DNA from: an uncultured bacterium
Lineage (GTDB): Bacteria > Patescibacteriota > Minisyncoccia > Phycocordibacterales > UBA6065
Reading direction: 5' to 3'
DNA length: 64,000 nucleotides
Assembly (NCBI GenBank): GCA_963841935.1
Contig: CAWJEP010000001.1
Location: 10,487-74,486, forward strand
The notes below the pieces were generated by a model that saw nothing but the letters and a program-made list of their open reading frames with translations, was not told the origin of the DNA and searched no databases. Shown here piece after piece: positions 20,629 through 29,727 of this stretch; positions within the stretch are counted from its first letter, which is position 1; every line of letters begins with the position of its first letter. The translations under genes were made by a program, and so were the position numbers.

Positions 20629-21009
20629 CTATTTGCCGCTGCCGGCAAGAACCACGCGCGTATCGAGGTCGAACGTGCCGTCCTTCGCGATATACGCTCT
20701 GGGCTGAAGCTTCTCGAGTCCTTGAGGAAGCTCCACGAATCTGACATTGTCGGTATTAACCTCGCGAATGACGGCGTATGTTCCCGCCGTCCCTTCGTTT
20801 GTGACGTACCCGACTGTATAAACGTGGCCGTCGGAGATCTGGTCTCGCAGTGAGCTACTCGTCCCGCTACCGCCAATCGTTCCCGAGAAAAGCAGGAATG
20901 TGCCCCCAAAGAAGAGGGCTAGTGGCGATAGAAAAGGCCGTCTCTCTGAGCAAACTCGAGACAAAACAAGGAGTAACACGCCGCAAACAAACAAAGAAGA
21001 CATAAACAT
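20629..21009 (-). CDS. Hypothetical membrane protein (stand-alone accessory gene)
   Basis: Two N-terminal hydrophobic segments; own promoter (21093-21120), SD-like site, terminator 20591-20620. Confidence 0.65.
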   Translation of the reverse strand: MFMSSLFVCGVLLLVLSRVCSERRPFLSPLALFFGGTFLLFSGTIGGSGTSSSLRDQISDGHVYTVGYVTNEGTAGTYAVIREVNTDNVRFVELPQGLEKLQPRAYIAKDGTFDLDTRVVLAGSGK

Positions 21010-21116
21010 TTTTTCCTTTCTCCGCGCGAATGAAGCTTTTGCTTCGGTTTAGGTCCGCACGGTGACCTCCTTTCAAAAAACTACTGATTAGGACTCTACA
21101 CAAATATAGAAACTTG

Positions 21117-22247
21117 TCAAGACTTCAACGCGTCGATCCCCGGCAAGGTGCCGTTCGCCAAAAATTCAATCATCGCGCCGCCGCCGGTCGAAGTAAAAGT
21201 AAATTTGTCGAGCATTCCGGCTTTTGAAACGACGGCGACCGTGTCTCCACCGCCGACGATGGAGCGCGCGCCAGAATCAATGACAGCTTGTCCGAAATCG
21301 ACCGTGCTTTGAGAGAAACCTTTTTCGTAATCGCCGAAAGGTCCGTTCCAAAGAACGAATTTCATTTCTTGGAGAAGGTCAGCAAGCTCGGCGGAGGTTC
21401 TCGGACCGGCGTCGACGATAACATCGGCCGGAGCCACATCTTTTGCCATGCGATCGCCAGAGTCATAAGCGTTTTGAACGATGACATCGGAGGGTATGAT
21501 GAGTTTCGGACTATTGGCAACGCGACGGAGGTTCACATAAACTTTGGAAATTTTCGAGCGACCGACTTCATAGCCTTTTTCTTTAAAAATGTCGTTCGCA
21601 AGCGCTCCGCCGACGAAAATATAGTCGGCGATGTCCAAGAATTTCTCGATGAGAGGAAGTTTTGTCTCGAATTTCGCTCCGGCAAGCGCCAAAAGAAACG
21701 GTCGCGAGGGATTGAAAGCTTCGGAAAGAGCCGCGACTTCTTTTTGGAGCAAAAGTCCGGCGTAGCAAGGTATAAGGCGCGGCACGCCAACGATGGAGGC
21801 GTGGGAGCGATGAGAAACAGAGAAAGCATCGTTGACATAAATGTCGGCCAAAGCCGCCAGAGATTTGGAAAAGTCGAGATTGTTTTCCTCTTCGCCCTTA
21901 TTTCTCCTAACATTTTCGAGCATTATGACATCTCCGGCTTTCATCGCGGCGACGGCTTTCGGCGCCGACAAAATATCAGGAACGAAAGCGGAAATAGTGT
22001 AAAAACTGTTCAAATATTTGGACACGGGGAGAAGCGTGGCGTCGGCGCTATCGTCAATGTGGCTTATGATAATCGTTTTGGCTTTTTTTTCTTTGAGATA
22101 CGCGATCGTCGGCAGAATTCTTTTGATGCGAAAGTCGTCGCGCACGCCGCCGGCGACTATCGGTACATTTAAATCCAGGCGCAGAAGGACTTTTTTGCCT
22201 TCGAGGTCTTTTATATCCTGCAGTTTTTTAAACGAAACGTCAGGCAT
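21117..22247 (-). CDS. pgk: Phosphoglycerate kinase
   Basis: RLDLNVP, LENVR, NDAFSVSHR, WNGPFG, GGGDT, STGGGA. Confidence 0.97.
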   Translation of the reverse strand: MPDVSFKKLQDIKDLEGKKVLLRLDLNVPIVAGGVRDDFRIKRILPTIAYLKEKKAKTIIISHIDDSADATLLPVSKYLNSFYTISAFVPDILSAPKAVAAMKAGDVIMLENVRRNKGEEENNLDFSKSLAALADIYVNDAFSVSHRSHASIVGVPRLIPCYAGLLLQKEVAALSEAFNPSRPFLLALAGAKFETKLPLIEKFLDIADYIFVGGALANDIFKEKGYEVGRSKISKVYVNLRRVANSPKLIIPSDVIVQNAYDSGDRMAKDVAPADVIVDAGPRTSAELADLLQEMKFVLWNGPFGDYEKGFSQSTVDFGQAVIDSGARSIVGGGDTVAVVSKAGMLDKFTFTSTGGGAMIEFLANGTLPGIDALKS

Positions 22248-22986
22248 TTGCCAGTTTGATTATCTCGGCGAAACGCTTGGGGTCGAGAGATTGGCGACCG
22301 ACCAAAAGTCCGTTTATGCCGCCCTTCAAAAGCATTTCTTTGGCATTTGCGGCGTCGACCGAGCCTCCGTAAAGCACCGGAATTCTCATTGCTTTTTCCT
22401 TCGGCAAAAATTGCGCGCAGGTTTTCTTTATGAAAATCGCCATGGCCCGCATCTCCTCCGGAGACAAAGCCTTGTCATAACTGCCCCCGACGGCCCAGAC
22501 TGGCTCATAAGCTACGATGAATTTTGGAATTTTATTTTTCGCCACAGCTTTCATGACCACGGAAAGTTCTCTGGCTATATCGGAAAAATAATCTCCATCT
22601 TGATCGCGTTTTTTTTCGCCGACGCAGAGGATAGGCACGAGTTTGGCTTCAAGGGCGCGGACGAATTTCTCGGCGACAACCTCGTCCGTGTCGCCCGCGG
22701 CTCTTCGCTCGCTGTGACCGACGATGGCGAAATCCGCGCCCGCGGATTTCGCCATTTTCGCGCTCACTTCTCCAGTGTGCGCGCCGGAAAGATGGACGGA
22801 GACGTCTTGGGCCGCGAAAAAAAGCGAACTTTTTTTCGCGGCCAGTATTGGCAAGAAAACTGCGGGCGGAGCAATGATGACTTTTGCGCCGCGCGCGCGG
22901 GCTACCGCGCGCGCGGCGCCCGTCGCTATCTCTTTCGCCTCTGAAAGCGTCATCGGATTCATTTTCCAATTACCAATGATAAACAT
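22240..22986 (-). CDS. tpiA: Triosephosphate isomerase
   Basis: GNWKMN, GHSERR, AYEPVWAVG, LYGGSV. Confidence 0.97.
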   Translation of the reverse strand: MFIIGNWKMNPMTLSEAKEIATGAARAVARARGAKVIIAPPAVFLPILAAKKSSLFFAAQDVSVHLSGAHTGEVSAKMAKSAGADFAIVGHSERRAAGDTDEVVAEKFVRALEAKLVPILCVGEKKRDQDGDYFSDIARELSVVMKAVAKNKIPKFIVAYEPVWAVGGSYDKALSPEEMRAMAIFIKKTCAQFLPKEKAMRIPVLYGGSVDAANAKEMLLKGGINGLLVGRQSLDPKRFAEIIKLANA

Positions 22987-23061
22987 GGACTTTTATTATA
23001 TCCTTATCCACATCAACTTGCATCGGGAGGGAGCTTTTTTGCTATACTTGAGCCAAAGATT

Positions 23062-23979
23062 ATGTCTAGCCACAAGAATACAAAAATAATATCCTGTCTT
23101 TTGACCGCGGCCGCCGTGTTTATGTTTGCCGGAGCGGCAAATGTTTTCGCTCAGACCGCTCTGCCTTCCGGCGCGGCGCCGGCGGCCAATCCGACCCTGT
23201 CATCTAGCCCGACAGTATCGACCGGGCCGACGGTAAGCCCGACTCCCTCGAGCGTAGCGCAATTGTCCAATTCTTCTTTGTCGAGCGGCGTGACGACGGC
23301 CCAAGGATCCAAGCCGACGGGAAACGTTAGCACGGGCGTTACCAACTCCGGCGTGACGGCGCCGAGCGGTAATTCAAACGTGACGACGAACCTCAACCCA
23401 CCCACGATAATCACGTCGTCCGGCAACACGGTAATAAACCCAACAACCGGCAAAGTCCAAAACGCCGCGCCGTCGGCAACGACAAACGGAAACGTGCTTT
23501 CCTCGCTTTCAGCCGGCGGAAGCGCCGTGACAAACACCGCGGGAAGCGTCACGAACGCGACTGGAGCCATCATCAATCCCATAACACCCCCGCAAAATCA
23601 GACTGTCTCGCAAGCGGCGACGCAACTCGGAAACAACGTCTTGCTTCTAGAAGAAAAATTGAACGGTGCCATATTCAAACTTGACGGCGCGCAAGCTAAA
23701 ATCATAGCCCGCGCGAACGCTCTCAGTTCCACGTCGTCAATTTCCGCGAAACTTTCCTCGGCGGACCAAGCGCTGACGATAGCGGCGCAAAAAGTTTCGG
23801 CCATACAGCAGATTTCCATACCGGCGACAAATCCCTTGTCCTCTTTGACGGCCCTTGAAGCGGCGGACACGGCGGCACGAGCGGCGATCGAGAACGCGGA
23901 GCAAGCTCTCGATAATGTCCTCATTTTGGTCGAAAAAGCCGAAGGTAGCCAGCTCATGAGTACGACGACCTTGCAGTAA
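23062..23979 (+). CDS. Secreted protein, S/T/P-rich N-half and helical C-terminal domain
   Basis: Signal peptide ending VFA-Q; low-complexity region, then Ala/Leu-rich heptads. Confidence 0.8.
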   Translation: MSSHKNTKIISCLLTAAAVFMFAGAANVFAQTALPSGAAPAANPTLSSSPTVSTGPTVSPTPSSVAQLSNSSLSSGVTTAQGSKPTGNVSTGVTNSGVTAPSGNSNVTTNLNPPTIITSSGNTVINPTTGKVQNAAPSATTNGNVLSSLSAGGSAVTNTAGSVTNATGAIINPITPPQNQTVSQAATQLGNNVLLLEEKLNGAIFKLDGAQAKIIARANALSSTSSISAKLSSADQALTIAAQKVSAIQQISIPATNPLSSLTALEAADTAARAAIENAEQALDNVLILVEKAEGSQLMSTTTLQ

Positions 23980-23991
23980 TTTTTAAAACTT

Positions 23992-24258
23992 ATGGACCCA
24001 ATGAACATAATGCCGCAAAAAAAATCCCACGCCGAACTCATAACAATAATCGTTGTCGTTGTGATTATCGCGAGTGTCGGATTTTATTTCTGGGAAACAC
24101 TTCCGCGCCAATCTTCCGCGATTCCGCCCGCGAACACCGTGGTTCCGTTACCTCAAGTACAAGCGCTTCTAAATGGAACAACCACCGCGGAACAAGACCT
24201 GTCCACGGACGTCTTGAACGGCACGAACGTCGACCTGACTTCCGGAATCAGCCAGTAA
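23992..24258 (+). CDS. Small single-TM protein
   Basis: Hydrophobic LITIIVVVVIIASVGFYFW. Confidence 0.7.
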   Translation: MDPMNIMPQKKSHAELITIIVVVVIIASVGFYFWETLPRQSSAIPPANTVVPLPQVQALLNGTTTAEQDLSTDVLNGTNVDLTSGISQ

Positions 24259-24259
24259 A

Positions 24260-26320
24260 TTATTTATTCTCCAAAGCTTGAACCTCGGCTTTTAGCGAGT
24301 CTATTTCCGTTTGCTGTTCCTTTACCGCTTCTATTAGAGGCGCGACGAGATTTTGATATTCCACGGATTCAAGTCCGGTTTTGGGGTCTGTCTCCACCAA
24401 GTCCGGGAAAACTTTCTGCACGTTTTGAGCGATTAGACCTACCGACGGCTCGCCGTTGGCTATCCAATTGAACGTCACGCCGTTTAATTGTTCGATTTTT
24501 GAAATGGCGTCCGTAATCGGCTCTATGTTTTCCTTCAACCTTTCGTCCGAACCTTGAGACCATGTGCCCCAATACGTACCGTTGCCATAGAGACGGAATA
24601 TTCCCCCGCCGTTCGCTCCCGTATGCGCGCCGATGTCTACTTCGTTGTCTACTTGAAGAAGTCCGGAACAATTGCCGCAACCGCTCGTCGAGCCTTGAAT
24701 CCAAGTATATCCGTCAAGATACGTGGTAACGCCCGGCGTTACCAAAAACTGCAAGCTCGTAACGGCGAACTCTCCATCCGATTCCCCGCCGCCGCGTAGC
24801 CACGTGTAACCGGGCAAGTATAGCGAAGTCGAATTGTTCGGAGAATAAATAGTCCAGTTGCCTTGATTATTCAAAAGTCCGAACTCGCTCCCGTCCGCGT
24901 ATATGTAACCGCCACTTCCTCCGCCGTAAAGAACGTGAATGTTTCCGTTGACGGATAGAGATTGGTCCGGAGAAGCCGTGCCTATGCCGACAAAGCCGGG
25001 AAAATAAGTGTAGCCGCTCGTGCCGCCGTCGATTTCCAAATAACCGGCGGCGTCGCTATGAATACCGCCACGGGCTTGGAGTTGCGACTGAAAATATACC
25101 GTCCCACTATTGAAATACGCGCCACCGGGAACTATTATGTAGGACGAGGCCGAGATGTATGGGTTAGACGGATAGAAAGACATGTTGCCGTAAAACTCCG
25201 TCCCCGTTTGGTTGGCCGAAACATTGAGAGCCCAATTACCCTGATTGTTTAGAAGTCCGAAATTGCTTCCGTCGCTGTAAATATATCCCAAAACGCCGGA
25301 ATTATTGACCAAATCGATATTGCCGGCGACGGAAAGTTTTTGACCTGGACTCGCCGTGCCGATGCCTACGTTGTTGTAGACTTCCAATTCGAGAGGATAC
25401 GAGGTTATGCCTGTTTTGACTGCCTCGATGTGTCCGACGGAGCCGTCAAAAGATACTCCGACTCCCCCGGAAGTGCCGTCCCCGGGGTCGTAGGAGCCGC
25501 CGGCAAAAAGTCCCCTACCGGCCACGTCGAGTTGTGTGGAACTGCCCGGCACCACGTCCACGCCAACGCTGCCTCCGCTGTAATATATATTCGAACCGGA
25601 AGTCGTCCACTGACTACTCACGACGGAAGGCCAAGAGCTTATACAATTTCCCGCGAGACAAATCTCCGAACTCGCCCATAAATTTGCCAAGGCAAGTCCT
25701 TGTCCGCCGTAGACACTGCCGTTCGCGTCGCTTTCATAAAGCCATCCGTTAGAATAAAAATTGAGACATTGTGTGCCGCTCCCGCCGCAAATAACGCCAA
25801 GATTACCGTATCCGCCGGCGGTGGAATGAATAGCGTAATTTGAACTAAGGGCGCCAACGGTAACGGAGTTCGGCATTGACACGTTGTCCGTGCCATAAGG
25901 CACTTCCACCGCCCAGTTCGTGTTGCTACCAAGCAGTCCGAAACCGCCGGTGTCGCCGTACAAGACGCCCGAGCGCGTGGAACTATTAACAAAAGCATCT
26001 ATTCCGACACTTCCGCTGGAAGAATTTATTCTCTCAACATTGTTCCAATACGAACCCGTGACATCAAGCTTGTAAGACGGACTCGTGTTGCCTATACCAA
26101 CGTTTCCGTATTGGACGATGAGACCGTCTGCCGCGTTACCCGTGTTTAAAAGAAGACCTCCAGTCTTTGCTTGAGCCGTGCCGGAAATATTGAGAGGTGT
26201 GGAAGCGTTATTGCTCGGCGGAGTACCGGTCGGCCCAACCCATTGAGCGGATGCTATGACTGGAAATAAAAGAAAGAGGGAGATGCTAGCGAGGAGTATG
26301 AAGCGCTTTTGTGTGTTCAT
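24260..26320 (-). CDS. Secreted fibre-like protein with C-terminal peptidase S74 (intramolecular chaperone) domain
   Basis: Signal peptide; repeated VGIGTxSP; SDERLKENI...GLIAQNV...YQNLVAPLIEAVKEQQ coiled coil. Confidence 0.88.
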   Translation of the reverse strand: MNTQKRFILLASISLFLLFPVIASAQWVGPTGTPPSNNASTPLNISGTAQAKTGGLLLNTGNAADGLIVQYGNVGIGNTSPSYKLDVTGSYWNNVERINSSSGSVGIDAFVNSSTRSGVLYGDTGGFGLLGSNTNWAVEVPYGTDNVSMPNSVTVGALSSNYAIHSTAGGYGNLGVICGGSGTQCLNFYSNGWLYESDANGSVYGGQGLALANLWASSEICLAGNCISSWPSVVSSQWTTSGSNIYYSGGSVGVDVVPGSSTQLDVAGRGLFAGGSYDPGDGTSGGVGVSFDGSVGHIEAVKTGITSYPLELEVYNNVGIGTASPGQKLSVAGNIDLVNNSGVLGYIYSDGSNFGLLNNQGNWALNVSANQTGTEFYGNMSFYPSNPYISASSYIIVPGGAYFNSGTVYFQSQLQARGGIHSDAAGYLEIDGGTSGYTYFPGFVGIGTASPDQSLSVNGNIHVLYGGGSGGYIYADGSEFGLLNNQGNWTIYSPNNSTSLYLPGYTWLRGGGESDGEFAVTSLQFLVTPGVTTYLDGYTWIQGSTSGCGNCSGLLQVDNEVDIGAHTGANGGGIFRLYGNGTYWGTWSQGSDERLKENIEPITDAISKIEQLNGVTFNWIANGEPSVGLIAQNVQKVFPDLVETDPKTGLESVEYQNLVAPLIEAVKEQQTEIDSLKAEVQALENK

Positions 26321-26341
26321 ATTGGTATCATAATAATACTA

Positions 26342-26602
26342 CTATTTCGCCTGAAGTGAGTCGAGAATGTTCTGTTCGCTTGAACTTGAGGTCGTCTTTT
26401 GCGGCGCAGACGTGGCGTTCAGACTGTAGAGAGCGCGTTTCTGCGCCGGCGTAACTCCCTTGAAAAAATTCGGTTGCGCCGACAGATTCTCTAGGGTTGT
26501 CTTTGTGATTTGCGATTGGTTTGAAATAAGAAAGTAGCTGACAACAAAATAAATGATACCGGCAAGAGCGAGAACAATGATTGCTACAAGTATTTTTTTC
26601 AT
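26342..26602 (-). CDS. Small membrane-anchored protein
   Basis: N-terminal TM; translationally coupled to the upstream gene. Confidence 0.7.
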   Translation of the reverse strand: MKKILVAIIVLALAGIIYFVVSYFLISNQSQITKTTLENLSAQPNFFKGVTPAQKRALYSLNATSAPQKTTSSSSEQNILDSLQAK

Positions 26603-27801
26603 TATATTTCTTGAAATTGTGGATTAAACGTCGTTGGCGTGATGATTAGATTTTTTACCGAAGAACTGACGCCCGATGACGTGCCTTGGAGAGTGATGTT
26701 GCAGGGATTCGGACTCCCGGAGCAATATGAAGCGGTCAATGGTTCATTGATTTCCAATTGGAAAGTGAAGCTGCCGTTTGGACCGATGATTACCGGGCTT
26801 GGGTTCGCGGTGTAAGCGCCGCCGTTTACCGAGTAGAGCGCCGTGGTCGAAGCATTGGGCATCGTCGGATAACCGGAAATGGAAACCGTGACGTTGCCGC
26901 TAAATCCGCCGACGGGATTTACCGTTATGGTTTTTGTCTGCGACTGTGACCAGCCGGCGGGCAAGAAGCTTATTTTTATCGTGTCGTCTGGACCAAGAGA
27001 GAAACCCGGCGGCTGCGAGCCGACGGCGAACGAGACGTTTGACGATGCCACGGTGTTGCCGCCGGACGTGCAGGTTATATTGAAAGCGTAAGAACCGGTG
27101 GTAAGTCCTTGGGTTGCCGTCGAGCCGGACGAAGTGATGCCCGTCACGGTGGTAAACTGCGTGGCGCCCGAAGAAGTTTTCGAAAGCGTGCACGTGGCTC
27201 CGGAAAGATTTACCAGAGTGTAGACAAGATTCACGACCGTACCGTAAGGCACATTATTGTTGTTGGCGACCGATGTCCCGAGTGGAGATTGGGCGTCGAG
27301 GCCGACGCTCGAAGAAAGTTGCACGCCGTTCGTCCCGGCCGCGTTGAAACTTACCCAGCCGAGAAGGCCGCTGTCCCAAGCGTAGCCGTCGAAAAAAGAA
27401 CCCGAAAGCGTGACGCCGTAATTCGTGCCGGAAAGAGAAATCCAGCCGTCCCAACCGTTTCCGTCGGCGGAAACGGCCTTCGCCCAGCCGATGAGATTTG
27501 TGCCGCTCATCTGGGCGTTCTCCGCCGACGTTCCCGAGCCGCTGGGGAATCCGGAGAGACCGCCAAATTGTATCCAGCCCACGGAATCGGACCACGCGTA
27601 GCCCGTGAGTGTGCCGTCGTTGTTGTCCGTCACACCATAGTCCACGGCGCCGCAGGTGCTCGTGTTCGTGCAATTGAAACTAATCCACCCGGCATCATCG
27701 GACCACGCCCAACCAGCCATATTGTTTTCCGTTCCTGCGTGGGCAAACGCCGGTAGGATAAAAATAGAAACCGAAATTAAAAATAGTGCGAACCTCTTCA
27801 T
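26602..27801 (-). CDS. Secreted protein with GWAWS..GWISF repeats and C-terminal Ig-like domain
   Basis: Signal peptide; 4 G(W/Y)A(W/K)...GW(I/V)xF/L repeats; ends PTTFNPQFQEI. Confidence 0.85.
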   Translation of the reverse strand: MKRFALFLISVSIFILPAFAHAGTENNMAGWAWSDDAGWISFNCTNTSTCGAVDYGVTDNNDGTLTGYAWSDSVGWIQFGGLSGFPSGSGTSAENAQMSGTNLIGWAKAVSADGNGWDGWISLSGTNYGVTLSGSFFDGYAWDSGLLGWVSFNAAGTNGVQLSSSVGLDAQSPLGTSVANNNNVPYGTVVNLVYTLVNLSGATCTLSKTSSGATQFTTVTGITSSGSTATQGLTTGSYAFNITCTSGGNTVASSNVSFAVGSQPPGFSLGPDDTIKISFLPAGWSQSQTKTITVNPVGGFSGNVTVSISGYPTMPNASTTALYSVNGGAYTANPSPVIIGPNGSFTFQLEINEPLTASYCSGSPNPCNITLQGTSSGVSSSVKNLIITPTTFNPQFQEI

Positions 27802-27822
27802 CCTTCTAATAATATCATTATT

Positions 27823-28323
27823 TCAAAGTTTCCTGTCTCGAATGCCTAGTTTGTATCCGACAAAGCAAAAAATGGGGTGAATGGCGAGTATCAAAAGGAC
27901 GCTCAATAAATAAGCGGAAAGCGTTATGTATCCCATGAAAAAAACTATGGCGCCGGTAAAAATTATGTAATTACCGTGGTCTACTACCGGCACATAACCG
28001 CCGTCGGGAACATGAAATCTTCTTTTTATGAAACTGCCGAGAATGTGGCCGAAAAAACAGCCGAAACCTATTATGATACCGACCGGGGAATAAAAAATCT
28101 GAATTAAAATTCCGACAAGAAGAGAAACTACCAGCCCCCACCATGTGGCGGATTTTCCGATAAGTCTCTCGCCCCAAAGACGGAGCCCTCCGTCGAACGG
28201 CGGATCAAAATTTTCCAAATGATAAAGTTTTTTGAAGGCTCCGAGAAAATTGTGGGACATATTCACCAGTCCGCAGAGAATGGCGAACCGTAAAGCTTCC
28301 ATGAATATAAAATAATTCATCAT
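27823..28323 (-). CDS. CDP-archaeol synthase (CarS/DUF46)-like membrane protein
   Basis: PFDGG...RLIGKSATWWG...SFIKRR...PVVDH...GYKLGIR. Confidence 0.75.
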   Translation of the reverse strand: MMNYFIFMEALRFAILCGLVNMSHNFLGAFKKLYHLENFDPPFDGGLRLWGERLIGKSATWWGLVVSLLVGILIQIFYSPVGIIIGFGCFFGHILGSFIKRRFHVPDGGYVPVVDHGNYIIFTGAIVFFMGYITLSAYLLSVLLILAIHPIFCFVGYKLGIRDRKL

Positions 28324-29721
28324 TTAATATGTGACCACGAAATTATTCACCGGAAAGGCTTCCACGGTATGAATTCCTCCGGCCAAAATCAGGAGTTCGC
28401 TCTCGACATCGACGATTCTCGGTATGCATATAAAATAATCAAAGGTCACGGCGTAATAATTCCATCCGTTTTTCTGTCCGAATAAATGGATGTCGGAAAT
28501 GTTCGCGAGACTGTGTGTCGCGGCCGGCTTCACGAGTGGCTCCTTGGAAACGACAAAAAGAGTGCTCGTGGCATTCACGCGCCAATTGTCACACACAACA
28601 TTGTCAAAAGATATCGGGAAACGATTTGTCGGGTCGCCGGTTTCTTTCGCTATATTTCCTATGGTCACGGGACTTGTCGTGGCGATGTCATAGAAATACA
28701 AATCCCCGATTTTTTCCAAAAATCTCCCCGGCGCGGACGCGTCATAAGTTCCAAGATAAACATTTTGATAAGCTATGGACGTCGTGTCGTAAGAAATGTC
28801 TCCTTCCGTTGAAACAAATACCGGGACTAAAAAACAAATACCCAAAAGCAAAACGGCGGTGGCGCCGAAGACGCGAAAGCGCGAGGCGCCTCTTTCCGCG
28901 AGAAAAAACCATCCGAAATACACGAGTTCCATGCCAAAAACATGTTCAAGATACACCGATACTTGAGTGTGACTTATGGCGCCGAAGGGATAGGCGATAA
29001 TAACGGCGATGGGCGTGACTAGAGAAAGAGCAACGGGGAAAATCCAGCCGCGGAAACTTTTAGGTGCGTAGCCGTAGCACATAACGAGCAGGATGAGAAA
29101 AGCCGGAATAGCTTCGGAGTTCAAAAGTCCTCCGTCGAAAATATTTTTCAAAAAAGAAAGCAGAGCGATGGCGAAAAGTATCTGGAGGCCGAATCTTTTT
29201 TTATTTTTCCCGACAAAATCGAACAGGAGCCATATTCCAAGGATAGACACGGTAAGACATCCGGCAAGTCCGACCCAGCCGACCCATGTCGGCAAAATAT
29301 TGAGGTACGCGAAACCAAAATCGGCTTTTGTCTCGAGCGCGAGCCGAAGCTGGGTCGGAAAAAAAGATGAAACCAGACCGAAAGGAAATTTCAAAACATG
29401 AGTGTGAAAGAAATGCGTCGTAGAAATATCCCTTTCCCCTATCGCTGACAGAACATAGTTCGCCGGAACGGCGAGCATTTTATAAAAGTAGAAAGTTACG
29501 CCAAGACCGAGAAGGAAAATCGCCGTCGAAACGATGAAAAATATATTTTTCAGGGGAAATTTCCGCGCGACAGGCGTTTCGACGGCGATTTTTTTTCGCC
29601 ACGCGATGATATTTACGACAGCCAAAAGCAGAATGGCGAAAAGAAAGAGAAAAACTTTCACGTCACTGCGACCCGCGGCGAAAAGGTCGGTAATAATGTG
29701 CAGAAAGAAGAAATAATTCAT
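28324..29721 (-). CDS. Multi-pass membrane protein with C-terminal soluble domain
   Basis: Roughly 8-10 hydrophobic segments; polar motifs GRSDVK, HTHVLK, IFDGG. Confidence 0.8.
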   Translation of the reverse strand: MNYFFFLHIITDLFAAGRSDVKVFLFLFAILLLAVVNIIAWRKKIAVETPVARKFPLKNIFFIVSTAIFLLGLGVTFYFYKMLAVPANYVLSAIGERDISTTHFFHTHVLKFPFGLVSSFFPTQLRLALETKADFGFAYLNILPTWVGWVGLAGCLTVSILGIWLLFDFVGKNKKRFGLQILFAIALLSFLKNIFDGGLLNSEAIPAFLILLVMCYGYAPKSFRGWIFPVALSLVTPIAVIIAYPFGAISHTQVSVYLEHVFGMELVYFGWFFLAERGASRFRVFGATAVLLLGICFLVPVFVSTEGDISYDTTSIAYQNVYLGTYDASAPGRFLEKIGDLYFYDIATTSPVTIGNIAKETGDPTNRFPISFDNVVCDNWRVNATSTLFVVSKEPLVKPAATHSLANISDIHLFGQKNGWNYYAVTFDYFICIPRIVDVESELLILAGGIHTVEAFPVNNFVVTY

Positions 29722-29727
29722 CGAAAC

